Both the position numbers and the translations under genes were made by a program. A stretch of DNA of 64,000 nucleotides from an uncultured Candidatus Actinomarina sp. (GTDB taxonomy: Bacteria; Actinomycetota; Acidimicrobiia; Actinomarinales; Actinomarinaceae): the NCBI GenBank assembly GCA_902622665.1, contig CACNQV010000003.1, positions 21,678-85,677 of the forward strand, read 5' to 3'. A model generated the notes under the pieces. That model had not been told where the DNA came from. It searched no databases and saw only the letters and a program-made list of their open reading frames with translations. The stretch's first letter is position 1, and each line of letters opens with the position of its first letter. Shown piece after piece: positions 10,319-20,082 of the stretch.

Positions 10319-11796
10319 TTTTCAGGTTTTAAATGAGGAAATGCTATAACTTCTCTAATTGATTCATTATTTGTAAGCATCATTACAAATCTATCTACAC
10401 CAAAACCAAGTCCCCCAGTTGGAGGTAGGCCATATTCTAATGCTTCAATATAATCTTGGTCTTCTACATGTGCCTCTTCATCTCCTTGGGCTTTTTTTTG
10501 TGCTTGTTCTTTTAATCTTGCTTCCTGATCAACTGGATCGATTAGTTCAGAAAAACCATTTGCTAATTCACTACCAAAAGCAAATAATTCAAATCTTTCA
10601 GTAACCCCATTCTGTTCTTTATTCTCTCTAGCAAATGGTGAGACTTCTATGGGATAGTCTGTTACAAATGTAGGATTTACAATATTGTTTTCAATATATT
10701 TTTCAAATAAATCGTAAACTAACATTCCTGTAGTTTCAGATTCATTCTCAACATTATGTTTTGTTAACAGCTCTTCTTTGATTTGTTTTAAATCTGAATT
10801 ATGTTTGATTTCAACATCAAAATAGTCACTTACCAAATCAAACATGCTTATTCTTTTCCAAGGAAAACTAAAATCTGCTTCTTTTTCAATAAATTCTATC
10901 TTTAAATCATGATTCAAATGACTTAATATGTACTCACACATTTTTTCAACCATATCCATAACACCATTTACATCTGTATAGGCCTCATAACTTTCCATCA
11001 TTGTGAACTCCGGTGAGTGTGTTTGGTCAATGCCTTCATTTCTAAAAACTTTTCCAACTTCAAAAACTTTTTCATAACCACCAATAATTAATCTTTTCAA
11101 ATATAACTCAGGAGCAATTCGAAGAAACATGTCAATACTCATTGCGTTATGGTGTGTCGCAAAAGGTTTAGCAATGGCACCTCCTGCTTTTGGTTGGAGT
11201 GTAGGGGTCTCAACCTCAACAAACCCATCACTAACCATAAACTCTCTTAATAATTTGAGAACTTTAAACCTCGTATCTATAGTTTTCTTTGCATCATCAT
11301 TTACGATTAAATCAAGATACCTTTGTCTAAATCTAGTCTCTTTATCTTTCAACCCATGCCACTTTTCAGGAAGCGTTCTTAAAGATTTGCTCAAAACTAT
11401 TAAATTAGAAATTTTTAACGAGAGCTCTCCCTTTTTTGTTTTCATTATGCTTCCAGAAGTTCCCACTATGTCTCCTACATCTATTAATTCAATGTAGTCT
11501 TCTAATTTCTCATCTAAATCATCTTTAGAAGCAAGTAATTGTATTTTGCCTGTTGAGTCTTTTAAGTCTATGAATATTAATTTTCCAAAAGACCTAATAC
11601 TTAATACGCGACCTCTCACAGCAACACTTATATCTGTATGTTCTCCACTGTTTAGATTTTGATGATTGGCATGAATGTCGCTGATAAAACTTGCATTTTT
11701 ATAGTATGTTGGAAAAGACTCTGTTCCTTTTAATTTTTCAACCTTTTGACGTCTTAGGTCATATATTTCTTTTTCAGATTTTGATAATTCGGTCAC
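10315..11796 (-). CDS. lysS: Lysine--tRNA ligase, class II
   Basis: 493 aa. OB-fold N-domain and class II core (FRNEG, GLGFGVDR). Its position matches actinobacterial synteny. Confidence 0.95.
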   Translation of the reverse strand: MTELSKSEKEIYDLRRQKVEKLKGTESFPTYYKNASFISDIHANHQNLNSGEHTDISVAVRGRVLSIRSFGKLIFIDLKDSTGKIQLLASKDDLDEKLEDYIELIDVGDIVGTSGSIMKTKKGELSLKISNLIVLSKSLRTLPEKWHGLKDKETRFRQRYLDLIVNDDAKKTIDTRFKVLKLLREFMVSDGFVEVETPTLQPKAGGAIAKPFATHHNAMSIDMFLRIAPELYLKRLIIGGYEKVFEVGKVFRNEGIDQTHSPEFTMMESYEAYTDVNGVMDMVEKMCEYILSHLNHDLKIEFIEKEADFSFPWKRISMFDLVSDYFDVEIKHNSDLKQIKEELLTKHNVENESETTGMLVYDLFEKYIENNIVNPTFVTDYPIEVSPFARENKEQNGVTERFELFAFGSELANGFSELIDPVDQEARLKEQAQKKAQGDEEAHVEDQDYIEALEYGLPPTGGLGFGVDRFVMMLTNNESIREVIAFPHLKPEN

Positions 11797-11805
11797 ATTT
11801 ATATC

Positions 11806-12573
11806 TTAATTATTTAAGTTAAATATTTCTTCTAACCCAACTAATGTTAAATCTTCTTCATACTGTGCATTTAAATTAAGCGCAGGCTGAATAATTGGAC
11901 TTAACCCTCCAGTTAGAATAATTTTTGGTTTTGTACCCAATTCTTGCAAAAGTCTTTCAATCATAGAATCTATCATAGATGCATGCCCAAAAATTAATCC
12001 GCTCTGGATAGCTTCATAAGTATTTTTACCTACAACTTTTTTTGGAAGGTCTAATTCAACAGATTTCAAAGAAGCTGTCTTTGATGTTAAAGCGTCCAAG
12101 CTAATCTTTATACCTGGTGCAATAGCTCCGCCTAGATACTCTTTTTTACTGTTTACAACATCAAAAGTAGTCGCTGTACCTAAGTCAATTATTACTACAT
12201 CTGACTCGGCAATTTTATAACCAGCTACTGAATTTGCTATTCTGTCAGGTCCTAATTCTTTTGGATTATCAATATTTACTTTTAAACCTGTTTTAATACC
12301 AGGACCCACAACAATAGGTGGGAAATATAAATATTTCTCAATTGCTTGAACCATATTATTAGTTACCTGAGGAACAACTGAGCAGACAATTGAACCTGCT
12401 AACTCATTTCTTTTATCATCTATTAGATTAAAAGTAGAGTTAAAAAGTGCTAACAATTCGTCTGGTGTGTTTGCATCTCTAGTAGTAAACCTATAAGAAT
12501 CCCAGCCATCCCTATTCCCAATTCCAACTGTTGTTTCAGTATTTCCAATATCAATAGCTATTATTTTTTTCAT
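11806..12573 (-). CDS. coaX: Type III pantothenate kinase
   Basis: 255 aa. The N-terminal IAIDIGNTETTVG motif is of the ASKHA/CoaX type. Overlaps panC by 4 nt. Confidence 0.9.
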   Translation of the reverse strand: MKKIIAIDIGNTETTVGIGNRDGWDSYRFTTRDANTPDELLALFNSTFNLIDDKRNELAGSIVCSVVPQVTNNMVQAIEKYLYFPPIVVGPGIKTGLKVNIDNPKELGPDRIANSVAGYKIAESDVVIIDLGTATTFDVVNSKKEYLGGAIAPGIKISLDALTSKTASLKSVELDLPKKVVGKNTYEAIQSGLIFGHASMIDSMIERLLQELGTKPKIILTGGLSPIIQPALNLNAQYEEDLTLVGLEEIFNLNN

Positions 12574-13388
12574 ATTTCTATATCAACGTTGTCTATCAAC
12601 CTTACATTTTCAACATAAGCTGCAATTAATAACTTTAATTTCTTTGAGTATTTATTTGGATAATTAAAATTTTCTTCATCCACTATTGCAAGATAGTCTA
12701 AATCTATTTCATTTTGACTAATTAAATTAATCCCTATTTCAACAGATTCTTTAAAACTTTTACCTAAATTTATTTCTTGAGCCACTTTTTGTAAAGATTT
12801 AAAAATATTTGCTGCATTCAATTTAGCATCGTGCGATAAATGCTTGTTTCGACTACTCAAAGCAAGGCCATTTATATCTCGAAAAATTTCGCCCTCTATT
12901 ATTTCAATATTTAAATCAAACCGATTAACCATGTCTTTAATTAAAAATAATTGTTGTGCATCTTTTTTCCCAAACACTGCATGGCTAGGCTTTACTAAAT
13001 TAAACAGTCTATTTACAACAGTTAAAACTCCTTCAAAATGGCCAGGCCTTGAAGCTCCCTCAAGAATAGATCCCGCTTTACTAGGAGCAATAGAAGGGAC
13101 CCCAAAACTAGGGTAAATGTAGCTTTCTTGGGGCAGAAAAATATAATCAACACCCCTACTTTTCAAATATTGAATATCTTGTTCAAGCTCGATAGGATAA
13201 TTTTTGAAATCATCATCATTGTTGAATTGTCTTCTATTAAGAAATACGGATACCAACGTTTTTAAATTTGTTTCTTTTCCAATATCTACAAGTGAAAGGT
13301 GACCTTCATGTATTGCTCCCATTGTGGGAATAAAACAAATGTTTTCAGACAGAATGTCTTCATTAATTGTAGTTATAACTTTTGTCAT
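12570..13388 (-). CDS. panC: Pantoate--beta-alanine ligase
   Basis: 272 aa. PTMGAIHEGHLSLV (HxGH) and the FGKKDAQQ motif. Confidence 0.95.
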   Translation of the reverse strand: MTKVITTINEDILSENICFIPTMGAIHEGHLSLVDIGKETNLKTLVSVFLNRRQFNNDDDFKNYPIELEQDIQYLKSRGVDYIFLPQESYIYPSFGVPSIAPSKAGSILEGASRPGHFEGVLTVVNRLFNLVKPSHAVFGKKDAQQLFLIKDMVNRFDLNIEIIEGEIFRDINGLALSSRNKHLSHDAKLNAANIFKSLQKVAQEINLGKSFKESVEIGINLISQNEIDLDYLAIVDEENFNYPNKYSKKLKLLIAAYVENVRLIDNVDIEI

Positions 13389-13415
13389 TATCGTGCCCTA
13401 AAATGGTGCCCGTAC

Positions 13416-13889
13416 TTAAGTTTTAATTTTACCAATATTAGTTATTTTTTGATCAAAAATTTTAAAACTAGATTTGTCTAAAGGCTTATTTAAAACCTCG
13501 TATAAAGGCTCGACAACAAAAAGTCTATTTTGCCAATCATAATGAGGGATAATTAAATCTTCTTCATCAATCTCTTCGCCTTTAAAAAATATAATGTCTA
13601 TATCTATCAATCTTGGTCCGTATCTAAAATTATCTTTTCTCCCCATTTGGGTTTCTACATCTTTAATTTTTGACAGTAAATTTCTAGCTGTTTTTTGATA
13701 ATCAATTTCAATAACAATATTGAAAAAATCATCTTGTTCTTTGTAAAGTAATGGTTCCGTTTTATAGACTGATGAAATTTTAAGTATTTTGGCAAAATTA
13801 GAAATGAACTTTACAGCATCAGTTAAATTATTTTCTTTATCACCAATATTTGAGCCCAAGGAGAGAAAAATACTATTTAAATTCTTCAA
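13416..13889 (-). CDS. folK: 2-amino-4-hydroxy-6-hydroxymethyldihydropteridine diphosphokinase (HPPK)
   Basis: 157 aa. LSLGSNIGD start, GPRLIDIDII and PHYDW motifs. Confidence 0.9.
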   Translation of the reverse strand: MKNLNSIFLSLGSNIGDKENNLTDAVKFISNFAKILKISSVYKTEPLLYKEQDDFFNIVIEIDYQKTARNLLSKIKDVETQMGRKDNFRYGPRLIDIDIIFFKGEEIDEEDLIIPHYDWQNRLFVVEPLYEVLNKPLDKSSFKIFDQKITNIGKIKT

Positions 13890-14241
13890 AATAAGAAACC
13901 GAAATGCCCTCTGTCATATCCTTTAAAATTGTATCTGGTTTATAAACTGTGACCTTAATTTCTTGTAACGTAGCTTCAATTTTTGCATATTCAAATACAA
14001 TTTGTTCAGAAATATGTTTTGCCAAAGTTTCGATTAAATCATAACTTTCTTTGTTTACGGTTTTTATAACTAAATCAACAATTTCCTCATAATTAAATGT
14101 TTTGTTAATATCGTCTCCAGAAAAATCAGAAATATTAATATGAATGTCTACCAAAAATTCTTGATCGTTTTGTTTTTCATGATTGTAAATTCCGTGTTTT
14201 CCAGAACACTTAATTTTAGAAATATTTATGTCGAATGACAT
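13873..14241 (-). CDS. folB: Dihydroneopterin aldolase
   Basis: 122 aa. Size and position between folK and folP fit, as does the GxxxxEK-type N-terminus. The motif match by eye is weaker than for its neighbours. Confidence 0.8.
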   Translation of the reverse strand: MSFDINISKIKCSGKHGIYNHEKQNDQEFLVDIHINISDFSGDDINKTFNYEEIVDLVIKTVNKESYDLIETLAKHISEQIVFEYAKIEATLQEIKVTVYKPDTILKDMTEGISVSYFEEFK

Positions 14242-14244
14242 TAT

Positions 14245-14715
14245 TTAAATTGTAGGAATAAGAGCTATGGCTTTAGGTGAAAGTGGTTTTTCTAGTATTT
14301 TTTCTAGTATGGTTCTTGCCAAAATAGGATCGTCCAGAAGCTTGGAGTAAATTAAATAACCAGCGAGAATTCCAGGCACTTGTTCATCTAAAAATTCTCG
14401 ATGTATTAGAAGCTTTCGATCCTTGTCTGATAAAGCTTCTTTGATTGCATCAAAAATTACATTTAGGGACTCTTTTGGAATGTCATCATTAAGTGGATAG
14501 TGATAAGTTCTAAAACCTACTTCTTGATAGTTTTTAAGATTAAAGTCTGAATCAAGTAGGGAGAAAATTGCATTAATACCTTGTCCTTTTAGCCACTGAA
14601 TTTCTTCTTCCCTCCTTATTTTACGAGGAGTAAGACCTCCGCCACCAATGCATTCTGAAACAGCTAGTTTTCCTTCAATTATCCAATGAAAATCATTGGG
14701 TTTTAAACCAGCCAT
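14245..14715 (-). CDS. Hypothetical protein with a dual-specificity/archaeal-type protein-tyrosine-phosphatase-like layout but a degenerate P-loop (no catalytic Cys or Arg)
   Basis: 156 aa. WIIEGKLAVS..EEIQWLKGQGINAIFSLL..YHYPLNDDIPKESL..LLIHREFLDEQVPGILAGYLIY parallels small PTP/DSP proteins, where the corresponding segment is HCxxGxxR(S/T). Here that segment reads HREFLDEQ. The existence of the CDS is well supported by tight operon packing; the fold call is by eye only. Confidence 0.45.
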   Translation of the reverse strand: MAGLKPNDFHWIIEGKLAVSECIGGGGLTPRKIRREEEIQWLKGQGINAIFSLLDSDFNLKNYQEVGFRTYHYPLNDDIPKESLNVIFDAIKEALSDKDRKLLIHREFLDEQVPGILAGYLIYSKLLDDPILARTILEKILEKPLSPKAIALIPTI

Positions 14716-14754
14716 TGTAACCTCCGTAAATTACATATTAGCTTAAATATAAAA

Positions 14755-15498
14755 CTAAGAAGCTATGTGCAGCCTGACCAAAGAAACACCAGAGTCTATA
14801 CAATGGTTATAAAGTTCTTCATCATTCATCTCTAAATTTTGAGCAAATTTTTTCTTCGAATAACCCACAATTAATGGAAACCCCCAGCAAAAATGTTCTA
14901 GATTTTTAAATAATTTTTGAGAGTCCTCCATTGATTTGCCGAATCCTAATCCTGGATCAATAGAAATTTTGTTTTTATTTACTCCATGAGAGATTAAATT
15001 TTCTATTTTTTCTTCTAAATGATCTCTTACTTCTTTTACTACATCTTTGTAATGCATCTTTTCTTGAATATCAGATGAATTTGGGTGACTATGAACAAGA
15101 ATAATCTTTGGATCTTTTTCAACAATTAATTCGATCATTTTTAAATCATTGAAACCACTGACATCGTTAACAATTTCAAAATTATTCTCTAATGCATATC
15201 TGGCAATCTTATAATTCATCGTATCAACGGATAATTTAGATTTCCCAAAATAATTAGAAACAAAAAAATTAAGTCTTCTCAATTCTTGTTTATAACTTAC
15301 TTCTTCAAAGCCTGGTTTAGTTGAAACTCCACCAACATCGAGAATTTTTATTTCCTTTTCTTCTGCTGTTTTTATTAAAAATCTCAGTCTCTCATTGTTT
15401 TCAAATACACCATCACCACTAAATGAATCTTTTGTTGAATTAATAATTCCAATTACTTTTTGGTTAACTGAACTTAAAAGACTATTCCAATCAGTCAA
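14755..15498 (-). CDS. folP: Dihydropteroate synthase
   Basis: 247 aa. GIINSTKDSFSGDG, DVGGVSTKPG, VNDVSG, DPGLGFGK and GYSKKKF motifs. Confidence 0.9.
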   Translation of the reverse strand: MTDWNSLLSSVNQKVIGIINSTKDSFSGDGVFENNERLRFLIKTAEEKEIKILDVGGVSTKPGFEEVSYKQELRRLNFFVSNYFGKSKLSVDTMNYKIARYALENNFEIVNDVSGFNDLKMIELIVEKDPKIILVHSHPNSSDIQEKMHYKDVVKEVRDHLEEKIENLISHGVNKNKISIDPGLGFGKSMEDSQKLFKNLEHFCWGFPLIVGYSKKKFAQNLEMNDEELYNHCIDSGVSLVRLHIAS

Positions 15499-15500
15499 TT

Positions 15501-16061
15501 TTAAGAAAAGTTTAAAAGTGCTTCGTTTCTTAAAGAAAAGTCTAATTCATACACTCCTGTTGAGTATGTTGTTATGACTTCCTCCGATGAATTTTGAGAG
15601 TTTAATAAATCAGAGCATAGATGTTTTGCAGTCATTTTAATAAATACACCATCAGCATCTAGAGTTTCATGTATGAACGAGGCAATTTTTTCAGTTAACT
15701 TTTCTTGTAATGTTAAGTCATTAGAAAAATGACCTACAAGATCACTGAACTTTGAAATTCCCAATATTTTTTTCTTTGGGAAGACAGCAATACTTACTGA
15801 GCCATGAAATGGCATCATATGATGTTCACACAAACTGATATATGAAATTCCATTTATGTAAATCGGCTGATTGTGTTTTACTTCTTTAAGAGATTCCAAA
15901 ATAAGCACATTATCACTTTTATTGGTTAATTTCTTTTGAACTTGATCCAAAAACTTAATAGATAAATTTTTAATTTCTTCATCGCTTTTATTAGTTTTTT
16001 CTTTTAAAAAGGATGCCAATGATTCTTGAGCCTGAATCAGATTTGTTTGAAGTTTGCTCAT
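15501..16061 (-). CDS. folE: GTP cyclohydrolase I
   Basis: 186 aa. CEHHMMPFHG active-site motif. Its start overlaps the ftsH stop by 1 nt. Confidence 0.9.
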   Translation of the reverse strand: MSKLQTNLIQAQESLASFLKEKTNKSDEEIKNLSIKFLDQVQKKLTNKSDNVLILESLKEVKHNQPIYINGISYISLCEHHMMPFHGSVSIAVFPKKKILGISKFSDLVGHFSNDLTLQEKLTEKIASFIHETLDADGVFIKMTAKHLCSDLLNSQNSSEEVITTYSTGVYELDFSLRNEALLNFS

Positions 16062-17926
16062 CAGGCAAGCCTTAAGCTTTTGCCAGTACCTTGAATTTTA
16101 ACTTTTTTGATATTTTTAAATACTGCAGCTACTTCGTCTTTGTTAATAGTTTCTTTTTCCATTAATAAATTTACCATTGCGTCCATTTGTTTTTTAAACT
16201 TCTTTAATATTTTCCCAGCAATAATGTGCGCATCATTGAGTAGATTTCTAACCTCGTCATCTATGGATGAAGCAACTTCGTCAGAGTAATCTTGCTGTCT
16301 TCCATAATCTCTACCAAGAAAAACTTCGTTTGAACCTTTGCCATAAAGCATCGGTCCAAGCTTTTCACTCATGCCAAACTCCATAACCATTCTTCTTGCA
16401 ATATCAGTTGCTTTTTCAATGTCGTTTGATGCTCCGGTAGTTGGATCTGCAAAAATTAATTCTTCAGCAACCCTTCCTCCCATTAGCATTGCGAGTCTGT
16501 CTTTTAACTCAGCCTTAGAGGAGAGGTACTTCTCACTATCTGGCAAAGCCTGAGTATAACCAAGTGCTCTACCCCTTGGAATAATGGTAACTTTGTGAAT
16601 TGGATCTGCATTTGGAAGTGCCCACCCAACTAAAGCATGACCTGTCTCGTGATAAGCAATAATTAATTTTTCTTCTTGAGTCATAACTTGGCTTTTCTTT
16701 TCAGGACCAGCCATAACTCTATCAATTGAATTTTCGATATCTGTAATACCAATTGTTTTTTTATTTTTTCTAGCAGCTAATAAAGCTGCTTCGTTTAATA
16801 GGTTGGCTAGATCGGCACCAGTAAATCCCGGAGTTTGTTTTGCCAAAGTCTCAAAGTTAACATTTTTTGCCAACGGTTTATCTTTAGAATGAACTTTTAG
16901 TATTTGAGTTCTACCTGCCAAATCAGGCCTGCCAACTATAACCTGTCGGTCAAACCTTCCTGGTCTTAATAAAGCTGGATCAAGAACATCGGGCCTGTTT
17001 GTGGCTGCCATTAGTATTACGCCTTGGTTAGCTTCAAAACCATCCATTTCAACAAGTAATTGATTTAAAGTTTGTTCTCTTTCATCGTGCCCTCCACCAA
17101 GACCTGCTCCTCTCATTCTTCCAACTGCATCAATTTCATCTATAAAGATGATTGCTGGAGATGATTCTTTTGCTTTCTTAAACAAATCTCTAACCCTACT
17201 AGCTCCAACACCGACAAACATCTCAACAAAATCAGATCCTGAAATACTAAAGAATGGAACACTAGCTTCTCCAGCAACTGCTTTTGCAAGTAATGTCTTA
17301 CCTGTTCCTGGAGGACCAACAAGTAAAACTCCTTTTGGAATTTTTGCTCCCAGTTTGTTAAATTTTTCTGGAGATTTTAAAAACTCTTTAATCTCTTTTA
17401 GCTCTTCTTTAGCTTCTTCGACACCTGCTACATCTTGAAATGTAACTTTTGGTGCTTCTTCGTCGAGTTCCTTTGCTTTAGATTTACCAAATTGCATAAT
17501 CTGGTTTCCATTTGATCTAACTTGAGAAAACATATAAAACATAAATGCTGCAAGAAATAGCCAAGGTAAAAATGCAAAAATATAATCCTGGAACCCTGCA
17601 GGCTCTGTATCTGTATTTAAAACTATATCTTGATCTACCAAAAGTTGAAATACTTCTCCTTCAAAACCCTCTGGATATTCTGTTTGATATAAGGTTTCAT
17701 CATTTGATATTTTGAATTCAACCATATTTGATTGCTCTTTTATTGTGGCTTCTACTACTGAACCGGAGGTAATTTCATTTTTAAACATAGTAAAAGATTT
17801 GCTTTCAGGTGCGTTGACCGTTGAGTTGTATTGTTGAACTCCAAGAAAGATAAGAAGACCTAAAGCAAAGTACATAAAAAATGACTTGTTGTTATTTTTT
17901 TTATTAATTTCTTTTTTCTTATCCAT
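16061..17926 (-). CDS. ftsH: ATP-dependent zinc metalloprotease FtsH
   Basis: 621 aa. Two N-terminal TM helices, GPPGTGKT, the SRH region and the HETGHA zinc site. Confidence 0.97.
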   Translation of the reverse strand: MDKKKEINKKNNNKSFFMYFALGLLIFLGVQQYNSTVNAPESKSFTMFKNEITSGSVVEATIKEQSNMVEFKISNDETLYQTEYPEGFEGEVFQLLVDQDIVLNTDTEPAGFQDYIFAFLPWLFLAAFMFYMFSQVRSNGNQIMQFGKSKAKELDEEAPKVTFQDVAGVEEAKEELKEIKEFLKSPEKFNKLGAKIPKGVLLVGPPGTGKTLLAKAVAGEASVPFFSISGSDFVEMFVGVGASRVRDLFKKAKESSPAIIFIDEIDAVGRMRGAGLGGGHDEREQTLNQLLVEMDGFEANQGVILMAATNRPDVLDPALLRPGRFDRQVIVGRPDLAGRTQILKVHSKDKPLAKNVNFETLAKQTPGFTGADLANLLNEAALLAARKNKKTIGITDIENSIDRVMAGPEKKSQVMTQEEKLIIAYHETGHALVGWALPNADPIHKVTIIPRGRALGYTQALPDSEKYLSSKAELKDRLAMLMGGRVAEELIFADPTTGASNDIEKATDIARRMVMEFGMSEKLGPMLYGKGSNEVFLGRDYGRQQDYSDEVASSIDDEVRNLLNDAHIIAGKILKKFKKQMDAMVNLLMEKETINKDEVAAVFKNIKKVKIQGTGKSLRLA

Positions 17927-17969
17927 GTTATTAATTTAATACTCTTGGGTTTAAAAGCAATACCGTCAT

Positions 17970-18506
17970 TCAGGAGAGAACGGCCAGGTATGGCAATTCT
18001 CTATATTTGCCGTTGTAATCAAGCCCATAACCCACCACAAAGTCAGATCCAATTTCAAATCCACTATAGTCAATTTCCGTAGGGTCTTTTGAAACTCCCT
18101 TTTTAACAAACATGCAAAAAATTTCAATAGTTTTAGGATTTCTAGATTCAAGTAATTTTTTTAAGTTTGATAGGGTTAATCCTGTATCGTAGATGTCTTC
18201 TACAATCAAAACATTTTTATTAGAAATATCGTACTCTAAATCTTTAACAATCTTAATTTGTCCAGAAGATTCAGATCCATAATAAGACTTTATACTCATG
18301 AAGTCGAAAGTTACATCAATATCTAGTTGCTTTGCAAGGTCACTTACAACTATAAAAGCACCCTTTAAAATACCCACAACTACAAGCTCTTCGCCTTTAT
18401 ATTTACTGTTAATTAAATCTGCAATTTCTGCAATTTTATTTTCAATTTCTTCTTGTGATATTAAAGTTTTAGAAATTTTCAATATTACTCTTTTCTGTAG
18501 AAGCAC
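17970..18506 (-). CDS. hpt: Hypoxanthine(-guanine) phosphoribosyltransferase
   Basis: 178 aa. PRPP-binding loop VLIVEDIYDTGLT. The tracked GTG start overlaps tilS by 38 nt; a TTG at 18482 (MKISKTLISQEEI..) would shorten the overlap to 14 nt. Confidence 0.9.
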   Translation of the reverse strand: MLLQKRVILKISKTLISQEEIENKIAEIADLINSKYKGEELVVVGILKGAFIVVSDLAKQLDIDVTFDFMSIKSYYGSESSGQIKIVKDLEYDISNKNVLIVEDIYDTGLTLSNLKKLLESRNPKTIEIFCMFVKKGVSKDPTEIDYSGFEIGSDFVVGYGLDYNGKYRELPYLAVLS

Positions 18507-19734
18507 TTATTATAAATTTATCTTTTTGTGTTTCCAACCAATTTCCCTCACCAGATTTTCTTATTCCAGGTATCCATAGAATAGTGTCTTTAAGTTTAAG
18601 AACTGGCCAAACTTCTCTTAGTGACTTATTTACTCCATAAGAACGGAATATTTCAGTAGCTTTTTGGGTGTGACTACCAATTTTAAATAAATCTCCATCA
18701 AAAATTTTACTAAAATAAATTTCATTTTCTAAGTATTTTGGTAGTGATATAGACCAATTATTCGAAGTGTCGATCGAATCATATTTTTCGAAATTAAAAT
18801 AGCCTCTTGGTTCCAGCAAAAATGCACTGCCTGTCCACTTTTCTTTATTCACAAAAATAAGAAGTCCACTTTGAGTTGAAACTTCCCAATTTTCAAAAAA
18901 ACTTTTTCTGATATTTTTTTCAATGACAGAAAATATTTTTTTTATATCGGAATTTTGTAATCCTCTTTGTCCTATATGTTGAGATATTGTTGACAACAAA
19001 TAATAAGAGGCTGAGTTGTCCTTATCAATTAGTGAAATTGGAACTTCTACATATCCTTTTGCAGTTTTGATATATGAAATCAGGTTTTTATCGACTTTTG
19101 TTAATTCATCTATTTCATAAATTAAGCCTTGTATTTTGTTATTTAAATCTCCTTTGAAATTCTTTTCAATGCTCGGAATAATTTCATTCCTTAACCAATT
19201 CCGTAAAATTGAGTTGTCTTTATTTGTTGAGTCTTCTAAAAAATTTATTTTTTTATCCTGTGCATATTTAATGATTGAAGACTTTTTAATATCAATTAGT
19301 GGTCTTAATATACTTTTTGTTTCTTGTTTTATAGATAGCAGGCCTTTAAGTCTTGTCCCTCTAAACAAATTTATCATAAAAGTTTCTACTCTATCATCAT
19401 TATGATGTCCCAGTAGAAGAATTTCATCTTGTTGCATGTTATCAAACAATGCTTCGTACCTTGCATCTCTCATTTTTGTTTCTGACGAATCAGGATCCAA
19501 TTGAGTATCTACATTCAAATGATCAATACCTAAATCTTTAGCAAAACTCTCAGCTGATTTTTGAAGTTTATCAGAATCTTTCTGATTGTGATTAACAAAA
19601 ACACTCCTGACATTTGATGTGTAAGAATGCACTACATGCAGCAGTACTGAGCTATCAACACCCCCACTTAATGCAACAACATAGTTTTGAGTTGGATTAA
19701 GTAAATTAGTAATTTTATTTTCAATTTCAGTCAT
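18469..19734 (-). CDS. tilS: tRNA(Ile)-lysidine synthase
   Basis: 421 aa. N-terminal PP-loop VALSGGVDSSVL. Confidence 0.9.
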   Translation of the reverse strand: MTEIENKITNLLNPTQNYVVALSGGVDSSVLLHVVHSYTSNVRSVFVNHNQKDSDKLQKSAESFAKDLGIDHLNVDTQLDPDSSETKMRDARYEALFDNMQQDEILLLGHHNDDRVETFMINLFRGTRLKGLLSIKQETKSILRPLIDIKKSSIIKYAQDKKINFLEDSTNKDNSILRNWLRNEIIPSIEKNFKGDLNNKIQGLIYEIDELTKVDKNLISYIKTAKGYVEVPISLIDKDNSASYYLLSTISQHIGQRGLQNSDIKKIFSVIEKNIRKSFFENWEVSTQSGLLIFVNKEKWTGSAFLLEPRGYFNFEKYDSIDTSNNWSISLPKYLENEIYFSKIFDGDLFKIGSHTQKATEIFRSYGVNKSLREVWPVLKLKDTILWIPGIRKSGEGNWLETQKDKFIISASTEKSNIENF

Positions 19735-19749
19735 TACAAGAAGACTAAT

Positions 19750-20043
19750 TTATTTTTCTATAACTTTGTATCTTTTTCTTGTTACTTGTCTGAAGTACTG
19801 GATGACATTACCAAGAATCACCAGAGTAGCTATCGCAACAGTAGTTGGAATTAAAAACCTGTAAGTCCAAGCTACATCCTCTATCTGCTCTGGTGGTTCC
19901 TCTATAACTATTGCAGGTACTGGTAGGTTCTCATTCATTTCTCCCTGTTGGGTTTCATTTTCCTCAACATGATCATCAGCAAACACAGGGGCTACTGGTG
20001 TCATGATTAAAAACAAACTAAATACAAATGCAAATTTTTTCAC
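19750..20043 (-). CDS. Hypothetical small exported/membrane-anchored protein
   Basis: 97 aa. Signal-peptide-like N-terminus, an acidic middle (EEPPEQIED), one C-terminal TM helix and a basic tail. I recognise no family. Confidence 0.5.
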   Translation of the reverse strand: MKKFAFVFSLFLIMTPVAPVFADDHVEENETQQGEMNENLPVPAIVIEEPPEQIEDVAWTYRFLIPTTVAIATLVILGNVIQYFRQVTRKRYKVIEK

Positions 20044-20082
20044 AATATGAGAGTAGTAAAAGTTTAAAAAAATATAAAGATT

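Noticed and set aside
18469-18506. 38-nt tilS/hpt overlap as a possible programmed coupling or frameshift site
   Set aside because: A start-codon choice explains it more simply. A TTG at 18482 gives an Hpt N-terminus of normal length, and no slippery sequence is evident.
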